This document shows, one piece after another, positions 46,085-56,567 of a stretch of DNA of 64,000 bases. The translations under genes were made by a program, and so were the position numbers. Origin of the DNA: an uncultured Planctomycetaceae bacterium. GTDB taxonomy: Bacteria; Planctomycetota; Planctomycetia; Pirellulales; UBA1268. The notes under the pieces are model-generated. The model was not told the origin of the DNA. It worked only from the letters and a program-made list of their open reading frames with translations, and did not search any database. The stretch spans positions 5,177-69,176 of the forward strand of contig CAISJI010000230.1 of NCBI GenBank assembly GCA_903885565.1. Reading direction: 5' to 3'. Position 1 is the stretch's first letter; each line of letters opens with the position of its first letter.

Positions 46085-46786
46085 TTACCGTTCAACGGCA
46101 TTCTCGAGGTGGTACAAAACTCCGCCTTCGAGCACAGCAGTGCCGGTGGGGCGCACCGCGAACCGGCCGGCGATCTTGCGCAGCCGGGGTGAGAAGTCGA
46201 TCCCTCTGGGGGCGACAATCTGCACCAGCACGCGATCGGTGATTTTGGGATTGCCACCGAAGCAGCAGTCCCCCTGATCACGTACCAGTAAAAACTGCAC
46301 GATCCCGCGCTGCTGCTTGCCAGGATACATATACCCCTTCAAGAGCACGTCCTTCCCGTCCAGAGCCAGAGCCGAGGGAGGCATGGTGCCCTCCGGATCG
46401 CCGTCGAGCGGTTGAAGCATGGAGTAGTCGATCCGCTCAAACCCCTCAGGCAACTCGGCTGAATAGACGCGTGCCTGATATGCCAGACCAGCCACCAACA
46501 TCAGTCCCGCAAACGCCAGCGCCCCAAGGGTGAGGGGGCGGCCGGTGAGTTCGGTCGGGCGGGCGGCGATGTCGCGCAGGCCGACCACTGCCAGCACACA
46601 CGCCAGCAGCGGCACCACAGCCAGCCACCAGTCGAAAAAAGCCAGCGGCGAGAGCACCGCCAGCACCAGCGCCGCGATCGTCACTCCTCCGACGGCCCGA
46701 TAGCGATCGGCGGGATCGGCCGACCCTTCATCGGGATCGCGCTTTTCGGGCGACTCAGGCGATCTGTCGAAAAGACCAGCTGTCAT
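46085..46786 (-). CDS. Membrane-anchored DUF3299-like protein (CCFG motif)
   Basis: The ATG at 46786 gives MTAGLFDRSPE..., followed by about three TM segments and then VLLKGYMYPGKQQRGIVQFLLVRDQGDCCFGGNPKITDRVLVQI. Confidence 0.55.
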   Translation of the reverse strand: MTAGLFDRSPESPEKRDPDEGSADPADRYRAVGGVTIAALVLAVLSPLAFFDWWLAVVPLLACVLAVVGLRDIAARPTELTGRPLTLGALAFAGLMLVAGLAYQARVYSAELPEGFERIDYSMLQPLDGDPEGTMPPSALALDGKDVLLKGYMYPGKQQRGIVQFLLVRDQGDCCFGGNPKITDRVLVQIVAPRGIDFSPRLRKIAGRFAVRPTGTAVLEGGVLYHLENAVER

Positions 46787-46842
46787 GGCTTCCCTGTCGA
46801 TGCATTTCCAGGCGTGGGGAGAAAATGGGATAACGCTCTCAG

Positions 46843-48438
46843 TCAACTGCCACCCGACCGCCAGAGGCCGCGCGACAGCCAGAGCAGGAGCAACAGGCCG
46901 ATCCCCCCCGCCCACCAAACGCCCGACGACGCCATCCAGCCGGCAGTTCCTCGGCCTGCAGTCGCTCCCCCATCGGCCCGCTCTGGGGGAGGTGGCTGCG
47001 AGGGATCGAACGCAGCCCGGTTATCGGTGGCATCTTCATCGGCGAGCACCGGGGCAATCCGGGCCGCCAGGGCGGCGTCGGCACCGGGATTGGCACTGAC
47101 AGCCCCGCTGGTTGGCGGCAGGGCCAGCGGATTGGCACTGGCTGGGTCGCCGGGATCCCCATCGTCGGGCCGGAGGGGAGGAGGCAGGCCTCCCGCAGCG
47201 GGCTCTGAGGTTGGTGGAGGAGGGGAGGGCTGAGCCGATACCGCAGGCACCATGGCACCGGCGAAGCCGGCGAGCGTGGCGGCCCGCCGCACCGCTTCCG
47301 GGTCGATCTTTTCCAACCGAGCCAAGACGACTGCCGCTTCCGGCAGGGGGCAGGCCTTGAGATAGTTGACCACCGGCTCGCGCACAAAGATGGTGTCGGC
47401 GTCCGCCTTTTCAAAGAGCTCCGCCAACCGGTCGATGGCCGACCAATCCTGCCAGCGGGCCAGATCGGCGACAACCAGATCGGCCAGTTTCGGTTCCTGA
47501 AGCAACAGCCGCAGCGACTCAAGCACGCGCTGGCGCGGCACCTTGTCCGACTCCTCGCCGAGAAACCGCAGCGCCATCACCGCCGCGTAGGTTTCCGTGA
47601 AGGGCACCTCCTTGCCGGCGCGCTTGAGGAACAGTTCATCGACGAGATCGAGCCCCTCCGGCCCCTTGAGCGTGACATAGCAGGCGATGATCGCATCCAA
47701 ACCCGATCGCACCTCCGCCTGATCGGGAGAGAGTTCCTTGCCGGTCAGGATCGTGCCGATCCGATCGGCATCGGCCTTCGTGCCGCACACTCCCAGCATC
47801 GTGGCATAGAGCCGCCGACGGTTGGCCGGCACCTTCGGATTTTCGATCCACGCCAGCAACTGCGTGGGATCCATCCGGCTTTCCAGGCCACGCACATCCT
47901 CATAGGGGGCCACGGCAAACTCATCGTAGGCGTCCCGGGCCAGCGTTTCGTCGGGGTCTTCCAAATGCTTCTGGAAAAAGGCGAGCCGATCGGGCCCCTT
48001 CGCGGGCAGATCGGCCAACTGGCGCAGGTAGCCCACCGCCTTGTCGCGCAGATGGATGGGGCTCGACCAGATCAGCTTCGGGGGCTCGATCCCCATCAGC
48101 AAAAACAGCGCCCCGACCGGCTTCTCCTCGAGCATGATCGTTTCGATCGGCTTGGCATCCGGGCCCAGCAGTCCTGCCTCATCGACCAAGCCCGCCCCCT
48201 TGAGCACTTCCACAACCGCGAAGGTTCCCTTCGGGAGCGGTCCATCGGCGCGGGGAGAGAGCGAGCCGGCCGCGGGGGGCGCCACGAGCTTCGCGATCAC
48301 CGCCGTCTCGCTCTGGGCAATCTCCTGGGAGAAGGTCAGCGACACCGCCGAGCAGAACGGGCAGGCCCGGGCAGGCAGCCCCTGCACGACCAACGCCGCC
48401 ACCACCACCGCCACGAAGATTCCACGCGATTTTTGCAT
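46843..48438 (-). CDS. Secreted CPFC-motif / HEAT-like repeat protein with Pro-rich linker and C-terminal TM anchor (paralogue B)
   Basis: The ATG at 48438 gives MQKSRGIFVAVVVAALVVQGLPARACPFC. The helical-repeat body is homologous to 41300..42475. The C-terminus is a P-rich tract followed by GVWWAGGIGLLLLLWL. Confidence 0.65.
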   Translation of the reverse strand: MQKSRGIFVAVVVAALVVQGLPARACPFCSAVSLTFSQEIAQSETAVIAKLVAPPAAGSLSPRADGPLPKGTFAVVEVLKGAGLVDEAGLLGPDAKPIETIMLEEKPVGALFLLMGIEPPKLIWSSPIHLRDKAVGYLRQLADLPAKGPDRLAFFQKHLEDPDETLARDAYDEFAVAPYEDVRGLESRMDPTQLLAWIENPKVPANRRRLYATMLGVCGTKADADRIGTILTGKELSPDQAEVRSGLDAIIACYVTLKGPEGLDLVDELFLKRAGKEVPFTETYAAVMALRFLGEESDKVPRQRVLESLRLLLQEPKLADLVVADLARWQDWSAIDRLAELFEKADADTIFVREPVVNYLKACPLPEAAVVLARLEKIDPEAVRRAATLAGFAGAMVPAVSAQPSPPPPTSEPAAGGLPPPLRPDDGDPGDPASANPLALPPTSGAVSANPGADAALAARIAPVLADEDATDNRAAFDPSQPPPPERADGGATAGRGTAGWMASSGVWWAGGIGLLLLLWLSRGLWRSGGS

Positions 48439-48467
48439 GAATGAATTGTAACTGTCAGTGGAAAAAG

Positions 48468-49817
48468 TCATCCGGGCCCCTGCAACCACTTGGAAACATC
48501 GGTGCGGTAGGCCGCGATCGCCGGCAGCAGCGCCGCGGCGATCGCCAGCAGGATCAGAAAGGGGACCAGCAGGGCCTCGGCGAGGGGCACCGAGGAAAAG
48601 AGGCTCGCCGATACGCCGGCATTGGTCGAAATCCAGGGGCCGATCGCCCCGACCAGCAGATGTCCCAGCAGCCAGCCGACGAGCCCCCCTCCCACCGCCA
48701 GGAGCATCGCCTCGATCAGCACCGTCGCCAACACGTGCGAGCGCCGGGCCCCCAGAGCCCGCATGATCGCCACATCGCGGCTGCGTTCCAGCGCCGAGCC
48801 GACCATGCTCACCAGAATGCCCATGGCTGAAACCAGCACCACCAGCGCCGTCACCAGCAGCAGGAGGAGTTCCAACGGCCGCACAAAGAGATCGAGCAGC
48901 TGGCGGATTTCGGCAATCGGCTGGGCGGCCTGGCCGTCGCGCCCCTCGTTGATCGCGGTGCGCAGGCCCATCGCCGTCAGTTCTGCCGGCAGCGGGGGCA
49001 TGCCGGGAAGGCCGGGGGGCGCGGCCGTTTCCAGCAGGATCGCCGTCACCTCCCGCTGTGCCGCAGGCAGCGGAGCGGGTGCTCCCGAAAGCTGAGCCAC
49101 GGCAGGCGCAAGAGCCACCGCAGTGGCGTCATCAGCCACCGGCTTGGCATGGCCATCCTGCAGATAGAAACCCTCCATGTTGACAAACACTCCCCGATCG
49201 ACCGGCGTGTCGGTGCGGGCGAGCACACCCGCCACGGTGAACGGATCGTGCACCTTGCCGTCGTCGGCACCATGCGTGGGGGCAAAACGGTCGCCCGTCT
49301 TCAGCCCCAGCTTGGCAGCCACCGTCGCTCCGAGCACACCGGCAAAAAAATCGTCGTCGCGGAAGTTGCTGCCGGAGGAAAACGCGAAGGGCTGGCCATC
49401 CCCCCGGGTGATCCGGTTGAAGAAGGCGGCGTTGGTGCCGATGACCCGAAATCCCTTGAAGTAGTCTCCCATGCAGATCGGCACAGCGGTTTTGCTGCTT
49501 GAGGCAAACGTGCCGTCGATACCATCGGCCCGTTCGGCCGCCGGCAGAAACTGCTGGTAGAACTCCCAGGAGATGTTCTCGATCGGCTTGCTGATGAAAT
49601 ACACGCTGTTGAGCACCAGTTGCAGCGGGCTCCCCTTCGCCCCCACGATCATGTTGTAGCCGAGGCCAGCCCCCGACTCGAAAGCCTGTTTCACCAGGCC
49701 CCCCGTCACCAGCGTGGCGACAACCAGCGCCACCCCCAAGGCCAGCGAAAGGGCCGTCAGCAATGACGTGAGCCACCGCTGCCGAATGTTGCGCCAGGCA
49801 ATGCCCAGAAGATTCAT
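48468..49817 (-). CDS. ABC transporter permease, FtsX/MacB type
   Basis: MNLLGIAWRNIRQRWLTSLLTALSLALGVALV is followed by a large periplasmic domain and a C-terminal FtsX-type 3-TM bundle (DVAIMRALGARRSHV). Confidence 0.85.
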   Translation of the reverse strand: MNLLGIAWRNIRQRWLTSLLTALSLALGVALVVATLVTGGLVKQAFESGAGLGYNMIVGAKGSPLQLVLNSVYFISKPIENISWEFYQQFLPAAERADGIDGTFASSSKTAVPICMGDYFKGFRVIGTNAAFFNRITRGDGQPFAFSSGSNFRDDDFFAGVLGATVAAKLGLKTGDRFAPTHGADDGKVHDPFTVAGVLARTDTPVDRGVFVNMEGFYLQDGHAKPVADDATAVALAPAVAQLSGAPAPLPAAQREVTAILLETAAPPGLPGMPPLPAELTAMGLRTAINEGRDGQAAQPIAEIRQLLDLFVRPLELLLLLVTALVVLVSAMGILVSMVGSALERSRDVAIMRALGARRSHVLATVLIEAMLLAVGGGLVGWLLGHLLVGAIGPWISTNAGVSASLFSSVPLAEALLVPFLILLAIAAALLPAIAAYRTDVSKWLQGPG

Positions 49818-49878
49818 GGCGTGTTGAGCCCTATCGGTATGAGGAAGTCACCACGGCGGCACGTGGCAGGGATCGCCA

Positions 49879-50568
49879 TCAGTGCCGATGCCCGGCCGCG
49901 GCCCGGTTGAATTGCTCCAGCCGGATGCGGCGGGGAAACTGCTCCGCTACCTCCGGTGCGTGCGTCACCACGACCAACGCCACATTCTGCTGGCTGCAGG
50001 TGTTTCGCAGCAGATCGATCACCTGCTGCTGATGGGCGGCATCGATGCTGGCGGTCGGTTCGTCGGCGAGGACCACCCGGGGACGGTTGGCCAGCGCCCG
50101 CGCCACCGCCACCCGCTGCTGCTGTCCGGTGCTCAGGGCGGATGGCTTGTGATTGAGCCGGTGCTGCAGGCCGACCGCCTCCAGCAGGCTGGCTGCCCGG
50201 GCCCGATCGGGACGCTCCGATCCAAAAGCCATCGCTACCAGCACATTCTCCAGGGCGGTAAACCCTGGCAGGAGGTTGAACGACTGGAACACCAGCCCAA
50301 GTTTGTCGGCCCGCACCCGATCCCGCCCCGCCTCAGGGATCCTCGCCAGATCGATCCCGTCCAAGAGCACCCGCCCGGCATCGGGGCGCATGATCCCCGA
50401 GATCACGTTGAGCAGCGTCGATTTTCCCGAGCCGCTTTGCCCCTCGAGGGCACAGTGCTCCCCTGCGGCGACTGAAAACCGCGGAATATCCAGCACGTCG
50501 ACCGTCTCGCCACCGGGCATGGCGAACGATTTCCGCACGTCAATGAGGTCGATAATTGGGTTTGCCAT
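49879..50568 (-). CDS. ABC transporter ATP-binding protein (MacB/LolD-like)
   Basis: Walker A is GQSGSGKST, the signature is LSTGQQQRVAVARAL and Walker B is VVLADEPT. Confidence 0.92.
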   Translation of the reverse strand: MANPIIDLIDVRKSFAMPGGETVDVLDIPRFSVAAGEHCALEGQSGSGKSTLLNVISGIMRPDAGRVLLDGIDLARIPEAGRDRVRADKLGLVFQSFNLLPGFTALENVLVAMAFGSERPDRARAASLLEAVGLQHRLNHKPSALSTGQQQRVAVARALANRPRVVLADEPTASIDAAHQQQVIDLLRNTCSQQNVALVVVTHAPEVAEQFPRRIRLEQFNRAAAGHRH

Positions 50569-50769
50569 AGCAACTGGAAATCATAACCGAAAGCCCCCTG
50601 GCGAGGTTGGAAGCCTGCCGGCACGCCAGCGGGAACCGGCTAAATTCGCAGGCTGATTGAGCGGCGCGGGGGAACCGGTGTATAGTTTTCGGTCTCTCGG
50701 AGGCTGTCCCTTCGCACCGTCGCGACGGGCTGCCGTTCACCTTGACGTCCTGCAATTAGGAGAACGCCC

Positions 50770-51786
<1,017 letters not shown>

Positions 51787-51929
51787 GCGTGTGGGGTAGA
51801 GTGCCGCCGCTGAAGTGAAAATTGCCACTGGCGAAAATCGTGGCGCCGTCAGCATCGGCAGATTGTCACGGCATCCGCTGAAACAACAGGATCCAGTCCC
51901 GGGTCTGCCCAGCCAGCGGACTGTGGGGT

Positions 51930-52075
51930 TCGAGGCGGAAATACGAGACTGAAACAGGGAGCGTTCGCCGCGCTGCTCGAGGCCAAGGTGCTCATCGAGC
52001 GGTGGCGGTAGCACTCCAACACGATTCCAGCCATACAGTGCTTTGGGAAACCTTCCCCGGCCGCCCGGGCCCAGC
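51930..52075 (+). pseudogene. Decayed C-terminal fragment of an rve/integrase-core (IS3-like) transposase
   Basis: Translation reads ...AFAALLEAKVLIERWR*HSNTI, then after a 1-nt frame slip YSALGNLPRPPGP. Compare the canonical transposase C-terminus ...EA.VLIE.WR.HYNT.RPHSALGY.PPAP. It has an in-frame TAG at 52009..52011 plus a frameshift, and no upstream catalytic domain. Confidence 0.6.
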
Positions 52076-52140
52076 CCTCTGCGGTTGCTGCGGCCGCGCA
52101 TTCGCAACCGGCCAAGGCAGCGTCAAGAGGGCAAAACCCT

Positions 52141-52276
52141 GGCTGTCCGTGGAAAAAGTCCTCCCTGGCCCTCTGGAACAGAAGACAGCCCACTTTGCCG
52201 GCCGCAGGAAACGCCGCGGATTTCCCCAGTCGGCAGGCATCGCCTCCAAGCGATGTTGTGCTTGATTGACAGCCTG
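52141..52276 (+). repeat. MITE-like repeat, full copy 2
   Basis: ggctgtccgtggaaaaagtcctcc...ggcaggcatcgcctccaagcgatgttgtgcttgattgacagcctgt is colinear with 3564..3694 over its whole length, with diverged 3' TIR ttgattgaca in place of tttatccaca. Confidence 0.65.
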
Positions 52277-52525
52277 TGGGCGGGTCTTTTTCCCCGTAGA
52301 TTTAGCCGGCGTCGGGCTGCCAGTTCCGCTCCCAGGCCAGCCCACAACGCTCGGGGCGCACAAGCGGAGTTGCCCGATTGACGGCCTGCGAATTCTCCGT
52401 TAGGATTTCTCCATGCGGGGGGTATCTTTTTTTGCTCCCTCCGTAATCGGGATTTTTTCCCGTGGGGAAAATGTCTCGGGGGTTATCTGTTTCCATTCCA
52501 TTTCTTCATATCCAAGAGGTGTCTC

Positions 52526-53752
52526 ATGAACATTCGTTCAGGATTCGCTAGGGGGGGCTTTACCCTCGTCGAACTGCTGGTGGTGATTGCCATCATCGGC
52601 ACGTTGGTCGGGTTGCTCCTGCCAGCTGTGCAGAGCGCGCGCGGAGCGGCTCGGAAAACCGTCTGCCAGAGCAATCTGAAGCAGGTCGGGCTGGGGGTTC
52701 TCAATTTCGTGTCGGCCAAGGGTTTTTATCCCTACGGCGGCAAGGCGGCCTCGTCACGGTCTACAACTGATTATGCGATTGGGGGAAAACAGAACTACTA
52801 TCTTCCCAACGGCCAGGCCGGTTATGTGTATGAGTTCGGGGCCGGCGGTCGGGCGCGGATTGTCCACCATGGCTACAGCGGCGATTCGGCACTGAATCCC
52901 AATGGAAACCAGTTCTGGGCCGCGATGCCGTTCATGGAACTGCAGAACATCTACGACAGCAACAACTACGAAAACGTCGCGTTTCCGCAGCTGAACTGCC
53001 CAGCTCGGCGCAGTGCCGATCCGCTGTTGGTGCCCGTCGAAGATACGGTGATCACCCACAGCTACAACGGCAGTACGACCTATGATGCCACGAAGGTTGC
53101 CTTCCTTGCGGGCACTTCTGGTAGGGGGCCAGTCAAATACACTCTCCCCAACGCCACCGCCAGCCTGCCGGCGGTGACGAGGGTGGGGAGAAGCGACTAC
53201 ATACCCAATCGGGATCTCCACCCCGTGGCCCGCACGGCTGGCGGAACTCCGAGTTTCGCGCCTGACTACCTCACGCCTCTGGGAATGAATTCTATTATGC
53301 CGAAGGTCGTCAAGCCGCGGGCGCCGAAGGATATCACCGACGGCACGACCACGACGGCGCTGTGCGGGGAACGGGCGATGAATACGCAGATGTACTCAAG
53401 CGGTGGCCTCTTCTTTGACGACCCGATGGCCGTCGGCGACTGGGGGAATAACCGCGTCGACACTTTCTGGACCTATATGGACATGGATGGAGATCCCGTC
53501 GGCCTCGGTTTTGCGATTGCCGAGTCGTGGGGCTCGGCCCACCCAGGCAGCTTCAATATGGTGTTCGCCGATGGTTCCCTCCGGACCATCGCATATGGTA
53601 CCGGTATTCCGGCCCAAGCTGCGTTTACGGCGGACAATTATTTGTCAGCTACAAAGGTCAACTATGTCATTGGTGACCCGGTCGGTATCCGGCCGCTGCT
53701 GTCGATCAACGACGGGTGGGCGATCGATCTGAATGTGCTCGGTGCTTACTGA
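52526..53752 (+). CDS. DUF1559 (H-X9-DG) protein with type IV pilin-like N-terminal methylation motif
   Basis: [29 protein letters not shown] is a prepilin-type N-terminus. The C-terminal [13 protein letters not shown] fits H-x9-DG. Confidence 0.9.
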   Translation: MNIRSGFARGGFTLVELLVVIAIIGTLVGLLLPAVQSARGAARKTVCQSNLKQVGLGVLNFVSAKGFYPYGGKAASSRSTTDYAIGGKQNYYLPNGQAGYVYEFGAGGRARIVHHGYSGDSALNPNGNQFWAAMPFMELQNIYDSNNYENVAFPQLNCPARRSADPLLVPVEDTVITHSYNGSTTYDATKVAFLAGTSGRGPVKYTLPNATASLPAVTRVGRSDYIPNRDLHPVARTAGGTPSFAPDYLTPLGMNSIMPKVVKPRAPKDITDGTTTTALCGERAMNTQMYSSGGLFFDDPMAVGDWGNNRVDTFWTYMDMDGDPVGLGFAIAESWGSAHPGSFNMVFADGSLRTIAYGTGIPAQAAFTADNYLSATKVNYVIGDPVGIRPLLSINDGWAIDLNVLGAY

Positions 53753-53979
53753 GAGCTGATATGCGAGGGGCCTGAATGGGTTCCTTGGAATTCTGGCTGG
53801 ATCGCACCCAGCAATGGGTGCGATCCAGCATTTTTCTGCTTCGCGAGGGAGCGCCTAGTCATGGGCGCCATCGGCTTTTTCAAGCGCATGCACTCGCATC
53901 GCCCGATGACTGCCGAGTCGCTCCGTTGGCCACGTTCTTTTACCATCATCTTCATCATTCCCCCTTAGCTTCACCAATC

Positions 53980-54435
53980 ATGAACACCCATTCTTCTCTT
54001 TTTCCAACCGGCACACTTTCGCAGCATCTGTTCTCCCGACGGAGAGTCGCCGGTTTCTCTCTGCTGCTCTGCGCAGGATTATTGCCGGGCTGCTCCTCCA
54101 CCGGCCTTGTGCCGGTGAGCGGCAAACTCCTGAAGGGGGGCAAGGTGCCCGAATCGGGGTTTCAGATCAACTTCGATCCCGTCAGCAAGCGGGGGGAGGA
54201 CCGGGCGATCGCCGGCATGCAACTCGACGGCACATTCAAGATGTACACACTCCCGAATCCGGGCGTGAAGCCGGGGGAGTATTTTGTCTCGGTCGGAATC
54301 ACCTCCGAAAGTGGCGCCGATCGACCTGCCAAATTCAGCTCGGCCAGCACCTCCCCCTGGAAGGTCACGGTGCCTCGTTCCGGCATCAAGAATCTGGTCC
54401 TCGATTTTGACAAGGACGAGGTCGTGATGGAGTGA
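53980..54435 (+). CDS. Small lipoprotein (carboxypeptidase-regulatory-like), usual DUF1559 companion
   Basis: The ATG at 53980 gives MNTHSSLFPTG...FSLLLCAGLLPGC (lipobox), then LVPVSGKLLKGGKVPESGFQINF...GTFKMYT...GEYFVSV. Confidence 0.6.
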   Translation: MNTHSSLFPTGTLSQHLFSRRRVAGFSLLLCAGLLPGCSSTGLVPVSGKLLKGGKVPESGFQINFDPVSKRGEDRAIAGMQLDGTFKMYTLPNPGVKPGEYFVSVGITSESGADRPAKFSSASTSPWKVTVPRSGIKNLVLDFDKDEVVME

Positions 54436-54456
54436 TCTCTCCCCGGCCCGCTAGCT

Positions 54457-54498
54457 GCCCGTGGAAAAAGTCCTCCATGCACTTTATCCACAGCCTGC
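54457..54498 (+). repeat. MITE-like repeat, internally deleted copy 3 (two TIRs abutted)
   Basis: gcccgtggaaaaagtcctccatgcactttatccacagcctgc equals the first ~20 and last ~20 nt of copy 1, with the interior missing. Confidence 0.65.
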
Positions 54499-54621
54499 TA
54501 ATCGAAACTGCTCGTCAAGGCGGTTCCAGCGAAAACCGACCCCGATCGCCACGAACAGGGTGGCTCACTGCACCGAGAGCGCTTTCTTCAACCAGTCATG
54601 CGGACACATAGCCGCAGTATG

Positions 54622-55536
54622 TTATTCGTCGTGAGGGCGATCCGCGGGTCGACGATCATTCGCGGACGTCTTCCCCGCCAGCCGGCTCAGGATCCGGCTG
54701 GCGAACTCATCCGACAGCCCAAGCCTCCTCTTGATGACGGAATAGGCGGCGACGGCAGACGTGTCAGCCCAGATTGCCAGCCTTCGGCCGAAGGAATCCG
54801 TAGGCCGGGCCCGATAGTTGGTCGCCCGCGGTGGGGCGCTTCCTGCCGGTTCGTCTGTGTAGTAGTAAAGAGCGATGCTTTTCCGGGTGCTGCCCTGCGG
54901 GCAGCGGATCGGATCGGGATACCCGTGGTAGGTCGTGTCGGTGGTCTCGAAGATAACGGCCTGATTGAGCAGCGGCGGCACCTGCACAACCGCCCGCTTC
55001 ATGCCTTCGTCCCACAGTTCGATGGCACCGCCCCACTCATCCCGCCACTCCGGATTCAGGTAGACGATCAGGTTGCAGCGCCGTCGCCACGTCGGCCGAT
55101 GGTGATGCATCGTGAAATCGGCATGAACGTTGAGAAAACCGCCTGCCGGCGTCTGGTGCATGCCGCCACCTTCCAACGTCGTATCGGCAAGCAAGCCCTC
55201 AATCCCGGTCAGCCTGGAAAGCCAGTCAACGAACCGGGGGGAGTTCAACTCGTCGACTACCGCCCCGATTGAATCGGGAAAAAGAGCCCGCTTCGTCTGG
55301 CCAAATTTATGCTCGTTCAAATGCCTGTAGTTGATCCAAGCCTCACCCATCGGCGGCGGAAAGTCGGCCGCAAGTTTTTCCGCGACCCCCACCTCCAGAA
55401 AGTTTGGCAGCGCGATATGCGGGTAGGGGGCAGCCGACCGATACAGACTTGCTAACCGGGAGGTGTCGCTTTCAAGCGGTTCCCATCGGATGCAAGATCC
55501 AAACTCAACGGGTGAATCTGCTGGTCCGCTGCTCAT
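54622..55536 (-). CDS. 2OG-Fe(II) oxygenase superfamily protein (prolyl-hydroxylase-like)
   Basis: The facial triad candidates are NVHAD (HxD) and the distal YHGYP, with RKSIALYYY as the 2OG-binding Arg context. There is an ATGA overlap with the upstream GT2 gene. Confidence 0.7.
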   Translation of the reverse strand: MSSGPADSPVEFGSCIRWEPLESDTSRLASLYRSAAPYPHIALPNFLEVGVAEKLAADFPPPMGEAWINYRHLNEHKFGQTKRALFPDSIGAVVDELNSPRFVDWLSRLTGIEGLLADTTLEGGGMHQTPAGGFLNVHADFTMHHHRPTWRRRCNLIVYLNPEWRDEWGGAIELWDEGMKRAVVQVPPLLNQAVIFETTDTTYHGYPDPIRCPQGSTRKSIALYYYTDEPAGSAPPRATNYRARPTDSFGRRLAIWADTSAVAAYSVIKRRLGLSDEFASRILSRLAGKTSANDRRPADRPHDE

Positions 55537-56366
55537 AAACGTTTTGACTCCGGTTCGAAGTGGCTTCGCTCCTTATCAATGGCGAAGGAGGCATGCAACT
55601 CATCCGCATCAAATTGTGTAGGCCGGAAGAAGCTGTCGTCCACGAGCCCCCACTTTGCCAGCCGAAAGTGCACGCCGGTTGCCAAACAGCCCCAGCCGTA
55701 AGTACAGCTACGGGAGAAGTTGATCGACGATGCCTCCTTGAAATACTTCGTCGGGCAGGTGATCTCCGCAATCGTGTAGCCGAGCCAGTGAATCTGAGCG
55801 AGAATCTGATTATCGAAGACGAAATCGTTTGAATTTCGTTCAAAAGGAACCCGCTCGAGGAGCCTGCGGGAAAAAGCCCGATACCCCGTGTGGTACTCCG
55901 CGAGCGCGGCGCCGATGAGGATGTTCTCGCTCAAGGTAAGGGCTCGGTTGGCAGCGTACTTCCACCAAGGCATGCCGCCGGCGAGTGCTTTACCGCCCAG
56001 AATTCGGGATCCGAGCACGCAGTCGTATACGCCGTTGGCAATCAGCGAAGCCATCGCCGGAATGAGCATTGGCGTGTATTGGAAGTCGGGGTGCACCATG
56101 ATCACAATGTCGGCCCCACGTTTGAGTGCAAGGTGGTAGCACGTCTTTTGGTTGCCGCCATAGCCGAGGTTTCGCTCATGCCGCAGTACGATCGTCTTGG
56201 GAAGAGTCGCTGCGATCGCGGCGGTGTCATCACTGCCGGCGTCGTCGACGACGATCACCTCGTCAACGATGCCCTCCTGTGAGAGCACTTCCTCATGAGT
56301 GCGTCGAAGCGTAGCTGCGGCATTGTACGCGGGCATAACGACGATGACCCGCTTGTCACGAAACAT
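55533..56366 (-). CDS. Glycosyltransferase family 2 (polyprenyl-phosphate sugar synthase-like)
   Basis: VIVVMPAYNAAATL...VIVVDDAGSDDT...NLGYGGNQKT...MVHPDFQY. Confidence 0.85.
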   Translation of the reverse strand: MFRDKRVIVVMPAYNAAATLRRTHEEVLSQEGIVDEVIVVDDAGSDDTAAIAATLPKTIVLRHERNLGYGGNQKTCYHLALKRGADIVIMVHPDFQYTPMLIPAMASLIANGVYDCVLGSRILGGKALAGGMPWWKYAANRALTLSENILIGAALAEYHTGYRAFSRRLLERVPFERNSNDFVFDNQILAQIHWLGYTIAEITCPTKYFKEASSINFSRSCTYGWGCLATGVHFRLAKWGLVDDSFFRPTQFDADELHASFAIDKERSHFEPESKRL

Positions 56367-56567
56367 ACCGACACTTCCCCCTCATGCGTGCGGACACCCC
56401 ACCAGAACCAGTCGGATGGGCACCGTTGTTCTCCCGCGTACCGAAACCCGGCCAGCCCCTCAAAAGCCCTGCCGCCGCCGACATCCTCACGTTTTTAGGC
56501 TGCACGTTCCCACCGCACCTCCTCGGCCAAGCAGTAGCCAACTGAATGAAATATTATACTGAGCAGC

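Noticed and set aside
46990-47260. Apparent tandem or low-complexity DNA repeats
   Set aside because: The region lies in frame within the CPFC/HEAT gene and encodes a Pro-rich linker (PSPPPPTSEPAAGGLPPPLRPDDGDPGDP). This is a coding low-complexity tract, not a non-coding repeat.
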